IMG/VR virus record: IMGVR_UViG_3300025030_000045
Strand: one strand, 5' to 3'
DNA from: a virus
Length of the DNA: 64,000 nt
Within the stretch, counting starts at the first letter, position 1; each line of letters opens with the position of its first letter. This document shows positions 56,888-64,000 of the stretch, piece after piece. The translations under genes and the position numbers were made by a program. A model generated the notes under the pieces. That model was not told where the DNA came from and ran no database searches. It saw only the letters and a list, made by a program, of their open reading frames with translations.

Positions 56888-57148
56888 TTATCCGATGAGA
56901 GCATAAGGATCAAATCGCTCCGGTTTGGGGTTAACACTCATATCGTAAAGAATCTTCTCGATTCGGCGAACTCTTTCGTCAATCGTCATGGAATCGAGCA
57001 CATCAAAATGAGCCTTCTCTTTAACTTCCTTTTCTAACTTTTCGCAGTCACTACAAAGAAGCTCGCTGATGTAACCCATCCTCGCCGGCACCCCCGTACG
57101 ATACACCTTCTTACAGGTCGGACATTTAACTTCAACCATTACAGCCAT
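56888..57148 (-). CDS. hypothetical Zn-binding protein
   Basis: CPTC, C..C, ER.RRIE. Confidence 0.6.
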   Translation of the reverse strand: MAVMVEVKCPTCKKVYRTGVPARMGYISELLCSDCEKLEKEVKEKAHFDVLDSMTIDERVRRIEKILYDMSVNPKPERFDPYALIG

Positions 57149-57155
57149 TTATTTA

Positions 57156-58187
57156 TTACCTTCCTCTCTTCAGTCTCCCAAGTTTTAACATGACCCTGGC
57201 TATTCCTTGTGGACCAGAGAATATGTTTTCATCAACCATTTTCTTGATCTGTGGTGGTGTAACACCTTTACAGATCAGTTCGTTAAAATCCTTCGATTGT
57301 AACTGATCCGGCCAAATGAATACTCTTTCATTTTGATTAAGGTACTTGAGACTTTTCTCCCAACCGGTCCTGTCATTATCAAAGCAAAATATCGGATGCT
57401 TCAGTGTTTTCCGAACGGTCACCGATAGGTCAGAACCTAACATTGCGATGGCATTGTCGATGAAGAACGAATCTATGATGGCCTCAAGAACATAAACATT
57501 TCTATCTGAATCAACATTGAAGAAATTGTAGACCTTGAATGAATCATTCTTGGTGAATGTCTGAAACCGCTTCTTACCTTCGATAGTTCTACCCTGAAAA
57601 CCAGTAACGCTTTCTTCGTCGTAACTGAGTGGGAAAATCAACATATTGTAGAAGTCGGTGTTTTTCTTAGTACCAAAGAAAAGGGTATCAATGATGGCAT
57701 CTGGGAATTTCCTCGAGCGGCAATATTCAACGGCCTTTGGAATTTTGCGGGCGGGGGTGAATGTACGTGGACTTAATTTAAAAACGTATTTTGGTTCTGA
57801 TGACCCTTCAGTAAACTTGGCGATCGTCCTCTTTTTAAATATAGACCTTCCGGATTTCAATTCCTTCACCAGCTCGTCTTTTTCGACCCGGCAATATTGT
57901 TTATAGAGCTCGTAATCAAGGTCTCTTATAAGCGTTTTTAATGACCTTGGTTCACAACCGTTCTGACAGCAGAAAGTATTGTGCCCTCTCGTTCCGTTGT
58001 CAAAAAGATAGTAACCGCGTCTCTTCCACGGAGACTTGCCTTCATTACACAGAGGACAAGAGAAACGGAAGTTACGGCCTTCTTGGCGAAGATTTCGTAG
58101 GTTGAGTTTATGGATGAACTCTATTTCGGTAAAGTAGTCAATCATAGGAAGGTCAGATATTATAATCCCATTGGGGTTTGATGTCAA
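57156..58187 (-). CDS. gp61: DNA primase
   Basis: F.CP.C, K.RG, GFQGR, VYV.E..IDS.F, FDND, KD.N; alternative start ATG 58145. Confidence 0.93.
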   Translation of the reverse strand: MTSNPNGIIISDLPMIDYFTEIEFIHKLNLRNLRQEGRNFRFSCPLCNEGKSPWKRRGYYLFDNGTRGHNTFCCQNGCEPRSLKTLIRDLDYELYKQYCRVEKDELVKELKSGRSIFKKRTIAKFTEGSSEPKYVFKLSPRTFTPARKIPKAVEYCRSRKFPDAIIDTLFFGTKKNTDFYNMLIFPLSYDEESVTGFQGRTIEGKKRFQTFTKNDSFKVYNFFNVDSDRNVYVLEAIIDSFFIDNAIAMLGSDLSVTVRKTLKHPIFCFDNDRTGWEKSLKYLNQNERVFIWPDQLQSKDFNELICKGVTPPQIKKMVDENIFSGPQGIARVMLKLGRLKRGR

Positions 58188-58190
58188 CTA

Positions 58191-58373
58191 TTAAACAGCG
58201 AATTCGCAAATTTCGTCTTGTTCTAAATCAGAAGCATTACAGGGGCGGGGGAATTTATTTACAGAGGAACATCTTCCGGCGTCATCGCACTGCAGACAAC
58301 ATACATTTGTTGTCTTTGTGCAATTCTCTATGCGAATTTTTGCGCTGCAATGAAAGTAATCTTCCATCTTCAT
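58191..58373 (-). CDS. small Cys-rich protein
   Basis: AAGGAG RBS; 8 Cys in 60 aa. Confidence 0.55.
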   Translation of the reverse strand: MKMEDYFHCSAKIRIENCTKTTNVCCLQCDDAGRCSSVNKFPRPCNASDLEQDEICEFAV

Positions 58374-58385
58374 ATTATGATCTCC

Positions 58386-58691
58386 TTATCTGAGTAAGCT
58401 CAAATAGTCATCCATCGACTGCTTGGTTTTGGGTTGTTGTGATAGCGGTGTTCTGTAATTTGCAATTTCTTCCATTATTTTGGTAACACAATTCATGACA
58501 GTCGATTCGTTGATTGGTAATCCTGTAGAAATCAACATATTCTCTTCATACTCTCTGACGAGTGACTCGAATGCCTTTGTCTCAACACCATTAATTGCAA
58601 GGTCAATGATCTGTGTTTTAAGGACTGGGTCTTGTTCTTTTCTGAACATATGAATTAGGGTATTCACTGGTACTTCTACTGTTTTCTTCAT
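58386..58691 (-). CDS. hypothetical protein
   Basis: ATGA-coupled to rnh; GGAGG RBS. Confidence 0.6.
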   Translation of the reverse strand: MKKTVEVPVNTLIHMFRKEQDPVLKTQIIDLAINGVETKAFESLVREYEENMLISTGLPINESTVMNCVTKIMEEIANYRTPLSQQPKTKQSMDDYLSLLR

Positions 58692-59692
58692 GAGAAAAAA
58701 TCCTCCAAATTAGAATTCATCATCGCGTCATGCGATTTCTTTTTTTCTTGTTGTGGTGTGTTGAGTTTTGTCTTGATCACGGGGGTGTTCATTTTGAAAT
58801 TGTTCATCTGCGCTGCAATGTCTTTCAGGCCGTACTTAACAAAGAACTTCATCAACTCCGTAGAATTGAAGTTCATATGTTTCTTTTCAGTCAGATCTGA
58901 AATAATTCCATTCTTGACATCGGCGGGGATATAATTGAAGTCAATTAGTGTACGATTGAACTCGTAAATCTCCCTCGCCCCTTTTTCCGTTTTGAGAAAT
59001 GTCTCAATCCCAGCCTTATAAATTTTCTCAGCTGTCTTTTGTGCAACTCCTTTCTTGATAGGAAGACAACCGTCTCCTCTATCGCCGGCTATAATCAAAG
59101 TTTGAAGCTGAAAGTCGGTATTGATCGGTGGACAATATTTATTCGTCATGGGATCATAAATATGAACACCTTCCTGTTGTAGCTGTTTAAAATCTTTATC
59201 AGAACCAGCGATGAAAACAGGCTCGCCTTTTGCGGCATAGTGTCTTGTTGTGATCGCAATGACGTCGTCGCCCTCTGCTTCTTTACACCGTAGTACGATA
59301 AAATCGCTATACTTATCGAGAATGTCCATACATTCATTATAAGCCGAGAAGATATCAGGCCACGGATAGTCGTCATTCTTATCACGGCCCTGTTTATATG
59401 ATCGTTCCTTGTAAACATCAATGTTGTGTCGATTTTTTTCAAACCATATGTGACGCCATGTTGGGCTATCATCAAGAGCAACGATTAGAGGATTTGTCAC
59501 CGAACATCCAAAAACACGAGCCCGTGATAGAAGACCACGCATTAGAATATGCATCATATAATGACGGTTTAATTTTCTCTTTGAACCGACCGTATCTTCA
59601 TCAGTACCATATTCCTCGTTCTTATCGAACAGGTCTTTAGTGGTTGCATAGATCAACCGATAAAGATAGTGAGACATATCAATGTTTACCAT
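58688..59692 (-). CDS. rnh: RNase H / 5'-3' exonuclease
   Basis: ID.S, D....WR, YK..R, E.DD.IA, SDKDF.QL, GD..DG, N..LID...IP. Confidence 0.92.
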   Translation of the reverse strand: MVNIDMSHYLYRLIYATTKDLFDKNEEYGTDEDTVGSKRKLNRHYMMHILMRGLLSRARVFGCSVTNPLIVALDDSPTWRHIWFEKNRHNIDVYKERSYKQGRDKNDDYPWPDIFSAYNECMDILDKYSDFIVLRCKEAEGDDVIAITTRHYAAKGEPVFIAGSDKDFKQLQQEGVHIYDPMTNKYCPPINTDFQLQTLIIAGDRGDGCLPIKKGVAQKTAEKIYKAGIETFLKTEKGAREIYEFNRTLIDFNYIPADVKNGIISDLTEKKHMNFNSTELMKFFVKYGLKDIAAQMNNFKMNTPVIKTKLNTPQQEKKKSHDAMMNSNLEDFFS

Positions 59693-60170
59693 GTTGTGAC
59701 TCCTTATAAATCAATGCACCGGCAAGAGAGGCGATGTATGGTACTTGCTCTATTCCAAAACGGTGACATATGATGTCAACATTACCCTTGCGATAAAACC
59801 TATCTGGGCAACATACGACCAATTTCTGTGGGCATTTACCAGCAAGATAACCAAGTTCGAATAATGAGATCGGTGATTTTGTTACTGGATCAAGATACAT
59901 CACAACAACATCACACTTATCAATGTAATCAAGCTCCCATGTAACTTGTTGGAAGAAGTACGGATTCGAGATGTGTTGATCTTGTGTTGCATCGAAATCA
60001 TCGCGGCGAGGTGAATAAATTGTAAAGTTCGACGACCATTCCGTGTGATCTTCCACTAATTGAATCAACTCATTCTGCCAATCAGCACAGGTTCCCATCT
60101 CTATTGAGCCGGCAAGAAAGACAGAGAATCCTTTTGTTTGGTAAAATTCTGGTGGTTTAACTATTCTCAT
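59679..60170 (-). CDS. nucleoside 2-deoxyribosyltransferase-like protein
   Basis: VFLAGSI, WQ, PRR, Q..WE, SPISL.ELG, RKGNV. Confidence 0.85.
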   Translation of the reverse strand: MRIVKPPEFYQTKGFSVFLAGSIEMGTCADWQNELIQLVEDHTEWSSNFTIYSPRRDDFDATQDQHISNPYFFQQVTWELDYIDKCDVVVMYLDPVTKSPISLFELGYLAGKCPQKLVVCCPDRFYRKGNVDIICHRFGIEQVPYIASLAGALIYKESQHGKH

Positions 60171-60173
60171 TTA

Positions 60174-61586
60174 TTACTCCTCAAATGTAAATCTTGCAAG
60201 AACGTCTTCTGTTGCCTCGGCATTTTTCTTCTTATACCTGGTGGCTTCTTCAACCTTCAACTGATCTTTTACATGCAGCGGCAACTCTTGTTCACTCTCT
60301 GCAAGCTGATGTAACTTCATATGACTTCTGTTAACACCGACCGTATAGATCTCATAGTTGTTTGCACCGAACCGTGTCTTAATAACTTTCAGAAGGTACT
60401 TACATAGTTTGAACAATTCTGGGTTCTGAATGATAGCCCCCATCCAATCAGCCGTCATCGGAAGGCCAAATGAGTCAGCGATATCTTCCATACCAGTGTC
60501 AACACCGGCTTCTGATCCACCGCGGTTTGTTTGTGTTGCAGAGATGACCGCACAGTTGAAACCGCCGTTCTCAAAAGATGCTCCGAGACCGCGCATTTCT
60601 TCTGTTACAGATTTGACATATAGATACTGATTGGATATTGCAGAGGCGGGTAGACGATAGCTGGCAAAGATGTTGAGATAATCGAGAATGATAACGTCAG
60701 GAACGAAACCTTCCTTAAGTTTGTAGTCATTAATCAAAGCACGGATGGTGTTGGCTGATGCCGTTCCGCTAGGATACTCCTTGATTTTTAAACGACCGGT
60801 CGTTTTGTCATACAGTTCACGAACCTTCTTGAAGTACTCCTTTTTATCAAGTTGCATCCCAAGTTCATCTGTCATAAACTCAAGGAGATTTGCATCAAGG
60901 CGTGTGCGGATCATCTCTTCAGACATTTCAGCAGAGACATAAAGAACGTTGTAACCTTTACGCATTAATGCTGCGGCTTCATGACACATCCAAAGAGTCT
61001 TACCGATGTTTGTCCGACCCATATAAACGTAGATTGCTTTGCGACGATAGCCACCACCGAGCGATTGATTCATTGACTCAACTTCAGTTGGCATCACTTC
61101 GTCTTGTGTGGTATAGTACTCGTACTGTGTCGGTGCATCACGAAAATAGTCGTGGCCGAGCGTCTGTGCAAACCCAAACCGAAGAGCCTGCTTGATGATA
61201 TCCTCAATGATTCCTTTATTTGACTTCGGGTCCTGCATGATTTTAAGAGAATCCATAATGGCATTCTCAAGCGAACGTAGCTTTCCCCAATTTTCGGATT
61301 CGGTGATAAGCATATCATCGGCAACTTCCTCTGCGCCTTTACACGAATCAATAAATTCGATAGCCTCATCTGTAACTCCTTCATTCAGATTAAGGTCATT
61401 CTTGATGAGTAATTTAATATCGGCCCACTTCGGTTGTCTTTTATAGAGTTCGGAATAATCCTTGATTTTACGAACAACTACACCCTGCGCATCATTATCA
61501 AATAGTTCTGGTGTTAGATGATGTATGGTCTTATTGAAATAGGTTGGACTTTCAAACAAGCTTTTAATAATGGCCTGATTTAACAT
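60174..61586 (-). CDS. gp41: replicative helicase
   Basis: GHDY, TN.GK, EM.E, KEYP, DYL, EE.RGL, ATQ..R, SFGL..TAD, K.R. Confidence 0.96.
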   Translation of the reverse strand: MLNQAIIKSLFESPTYFNKTIHHLTPELFDNDAQGVVVRKIKDYSELYKRQPKWADIKLLIKNDLNLNEGVTDEAIEFIDSCKGAEEVADDMLITESENWGKLRSLENAIMDSLKIMQDPKSNKGIIEDIIKQALRFGFAQTLGHDYFRDAPTQYEYYTTQDEVMPTEVESMNQSLGGGYRRKAIYVYMGRTNIGKTLWMCHEAAALMRKGYNVLYVSAEMSEEMIRTRLDANLLEFMTDELGMQLDKKEYFKKVRELYDKTTGRLKIKEYPSGTASANTIRALINDYKLKEGFVPDVIILDYLNIFASYRLPASAISNQYLYVKSVTEEMRGLGASFENGGFNCAVISATQTNRGGSEAGVDTGMEDIADSFGLPMTADWMGAIIQNPELFKLCKYLLKVIKTRFGANNYEIYTVGVNRSHMKLHQLAESEQELPLHVKDQLKVEEATRYKKKNAEATEDVLARFTFEE

Positions 61587-61710
61587 TCACTTCTCCAACA
61601 CTAAAGACAGGGCAACTCCTAAGAGCCGGCGATCTCTAATGTAAACTTGAATTTATTTGGGATTTGCTTCTGAGAAAAACGGGGTGTTTTTATTGAAGGA
61701 GATAGATTAT

Positions 61711-61764
61711 AAAATAAATGGCCGCAAATGTAAATAGAAAAATACATTTGCGGCCATTTATTTT
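61711..61764. terminator. 22-bp inverted repeat after uvsX
   Basis: aaaataaatggccgcaaatgta-N10-tacatttgcggccatttatttt. Confidence 0.75.
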
Positions 61765-61781
61765 TATGTTGTTGTGAATTA

Positions 61782-62900
61782 TTATTCTTCTGATTCGTCT
61801 TCCATTAATCCAAGGCATTGTGTTGCTGATTGATACCCGAAGATATCCCGGAGCTTGTCAGCGAACCCATCTTCAAGAATCTTGTCCCAGACAATCGGGT
61901 CGGTTGGATCAAGCATTCCCGCACTGAATAGAGGCATTGTTGTAATCCATCTATCGTAATTGGCCTTTGCTTCCTTACTTGCACCCTGACAATCTTTTGG
62001 AATTTCACCAGTTGGGTTAAATGCATATGAACGCTTGACCGGAATCAAAACATTCATCACCTCAGCAATCTCAAGGAGTCCAGAATAACGTTGGAGACCT
62101 TTGTTGAAGTTGATGTTGAACTTAACTTTCATCTTCTCTTTAGCAAAACGAGATTTGATATTCTTGGCCGTGATGATGGCACCAACAACGTCTGTTCCTT
62201 TTTTGTCTTGGGCTTTTGAAAGTTCAATGATCGCCGATGAAGCATAAAGGCTGCCGGAACCACCACCAACGGTATTAGATGGGAAGAACGAACCGACGCT
62301 TGCATAGACGTGATTGACGGCCGCGACAGGAATGTTCTTCATACCGGCTTTGATCGTGACGGTTCTGAAGAGTGCCTTAAGCTTTGCGGCGCGTGTCATG
62401 TCTTTCTTTTCGGAACCGTCAGTCGAATCCTGAAGCTCTTTACGAGTTGAAAGATTACCGATGGAGTCAACGACGATCATAACCTTCTCATCAGCGTCGG
62501 CCTCATCAATGATGTTCAGCATTGATGTAGTAAGTTCCTCGGCGGTTGCTACGGGGACATAGAGTAGGGAGGCTGGATCAAGACCACGCTTGAGTACGCT
62601 ATCCTTATCATTGGCGGCTTCTGAGTCATAGTATACAATAAAGTATCCTTTTGCTTGAGCCTGTTTTACCGTCTCCATACAAACGAATGTTTTACCTACG
62701 GATTGAGGTCCTGCCCATTGGATGATACGACCAGTCGGCATACCACGATCTGGGTCAGCGGAGATTAGACAGTTGAGAACGATGGACCCAGTGTCAATCC
62801 AATCACGAATCTTACCATAATCTTCGTCATCAAAATACCCAGCAAATTCTGATTTAGCGGCGCCTAACATTCTGTCTCTGAGACTTCCTTTTTTGGCCAT
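61782..62900 (-). CDS. uvsX: RecA-like recombinase
   Basis: DTGS..LN, G....GKT, YDSE, DSIGNL...KE, DMTRA..LK.LFR, NH.Y, GGG.G..Y, KSR..KE. Confidence 0.96.
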   Translation of the reverse strand: MAKKGSLRDRMLGAAKSEFAGYFDDEDYGKIRDWIDTGSIVLNCLISADPDRGMPTGRIIQWAGPQSVGKTFVCMETVKQAQAKGYFIVYYDSEAANDKDSVLKRGLDPASLLYVPVATAEELTTSMLNIIDEADADEKVMIVVDSIGNLSTRKELQDSTDGSEKKDMTRAAKLKALFRTVTIKAGMKNIPVAAVNHVYASVGSFFPSNTVGGGSGSLYASSAIIELSKAQDKKGTDVVGAIITAKNIKSRFAKEKMKVKFNINFNKGLQRYSGLLEIAEVMNVLIPVKRSYAFNPTGEIPKDCQGASKEAKANYDRWITTMPLFSAGMLDPTDPIVWDKILEDGFADKLRDIFGYQSATQCLGLMEDESEE

Positions 62901-62912
62901 TTGTTTTTCTCC

Positions 62913-63458
62913 TTAATGCATATTCGCGGTGGTTGATAAATGCACCATTGGTGCAATTTTGCCTTTATTGATTCCGGCGGCCGGTGCCCAATGACTATGT
63001 GCAACTCTATAACAACTTGCAATATCATCAAACACAATTGGGATTTCCTTTTCAAATTTACAGGCGAGGTCCATTGCAAAGAAATGGATGGCCTCATTTG
63101 ATAAAGAAACCTCGACCTCACTCTTGAAGAATGTTCGCCAACCGAGTAGCGTCATGGTGATCACATTACCATTGACGACTGCTCCAGGAAAGCATGTCAA
63201 GTATCTTTGAATTGTCAAACGATCTTCTTCGTGTTCGGGGGATTCTTGTAATACGATAGTGATGAGGAAGTGAGAAAGGATTGCTTGGTGGTTGAGGTTA
63301 TGAATCATGTCCGAGACGAATCTTTTTGAACCTTCAAGACCGTCTGGGTTAGTTTTGACATTTAAAAAGTTTCGGCCTATTCGCTCTAATTTATTGAATA
63401 TGGATGAAATATTAAAAGCATCGTGAAAATTCCAAGCAATGGTTGTGTTGTTAATCAT
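62913..63458 (-). CDS. degenerate ThyX-like protein
   Basis: LE..GR, FV...I...H...L.H, .T...GWR.FF, P.VF.DI; no RHR..S motif. Confidence 0.4.
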   Translation of the reverse strand: MINNTTIAWNFHDAFNISSIFNKLERIGRNFLNVKTNPDGLEGSKRFVSDMIHNLNHQAILSHFLITIVLQESPEHEEDRLTIQRYLTCFPGAVVNGNVITMTLLGWRTFFKSEVEVSLSNEAIHFFAMDLACKFEKEIPIVFDDIASCYRVAHSHWAPAAGINKGKIAPMVHLSTTANMH

Positions 63459-63482
63459 ACGTTCATTTATCTCCTTCGTTTG

Positions 63483-63668
63483 TTATTCCAAATAAGATTC
63501 TATCCTATCTGGGTGAATGATTATTTCAAACGGTCGTAGAGCATCAACCGGATGATCTGTTTGAATTTTTCCACTAACCTTGAGTAAACTAATGAGCGGG
63601 GTTAGCTCAACATCAGTAAAGACAGCTTCTTCAATAACGGGGTAACCCATTATCTTAATTCTTGCCAT
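63483..63668 (-). CDS. hypothetical protein
   Basis: AGGAG RBS. Confidence 0.55.
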   Translation of the reverse strand: MARIKIMGYPVIEEAVFTDVELTPLISLLKVSGKIQTDHPVDALRPFEIIIHPDRIESYLE

Positions 63669-63679
63669 TGCTTTATCTC

Positions 63680-63898
63680 CTATAGATATTTTTTAAATTT
63701 TTCAAGAGTGGCTGTATTCTCATGTACATTAAGTTCTTTTCGCACGGCAATAACAACATCCTGGATGAATAGTCTGTCAGATTGAGCGTGGCCTTCTGCA
63801 ACCAGCCTATTCACATTGTTATCCCACACCACCCTTGCTTGTCTGGTAGTGATGCCGGCTCTTTTTGCAAAAATTTTTAGTAGCTTAATGTTTTCCAT
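63680..63898 (-). CDS. hypothetical late protein
   Basis: Downstream of TATAAATA at 63933-63940. Confidence 0.55.
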   Translation of the reverse strand: MENIKLLKIFAKRAGITTRQARVVWDNNVNRLVAEGHAQSDRLFIQDVVIAVRKELNVHENTATLEKFKKYL

Positions 63899-63932
63899 GA
63901 GTAAGTGTCATACTTTCTTTTATGTTATACGT

Positions 63933-63940
63933 TATTTATA
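63933..63940 (-). promoter_or_regulatory. late promoter TATAAATA
   Basis: Exact consensus on the - strand. Confidence 0.65.
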
Positions 63941-64000
63941 TCTTTATGATTCTGCTCTGGTGAGGATAGAGAAACCTTTTTCCATTCTAACGTCATAACA

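Noticed and set aside
61587-61710. Non-coding gap before gp41 as tRNA or ncRNA
   Set aside because: No cloverleaf, T-loop or convincing stable structure could be identified by eye.

Overview
This window is 64 kb of a large, divergent T4-superfamily (contractile-tailed) bacteriophage genome. No tRNA, rRNA or CRISPR array was seen. Layout: (i) 1-10.1 kb, + strand: end of a tail-fibre-like module, gp4/gp2, the head block gp20-21-22-23, and a Hef-like homing endonuclease. (ii) 10.2-11.3 kb: a small early-gene island. (iii) 11.3-32.6 kb, - strand: baseplate and tail genes (PAAR-peptidase M15 fusion, gp5 in two frames, hub, gp53, gp48, tape measure, gp26/gp51, three tube-fold paralogues, 7-repeat tail fibre with chaperone, gp8/gp7/gp6/gp25). 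(iv) 32.7-64 kb, - strand: replication, nucleotide metabolism and early genes (gp32, gp33, dCMP deaminase, an Asp-type thymidylate-synthase homologue, dNMP kinase, DinG-like helicase, class II RNR, primase, RNase H, gp41, UvsX). Main highlights: a fractured nrdJ carrying a naturally split intein around a free-standing endonuclease, whose C-half begins with a recoded copy of the N-extein junction (TGTNP); three related TnsA-fold endonuclease cassettes, two of which carry a recoded copy of target-gene sequence and all of which hide their translation start in a hairpin relieved by a late promoter; a possible cytosine-modification pathway with a DenB-like nuclease; a spike-tip PAAR carrying a peptidoglycan peptidase, faced by a perfect antisense sigma70 promoter; and a probable -1 frameshift before the tape-measure gene. 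All family calls come from motif recognition by eye, not database searches.
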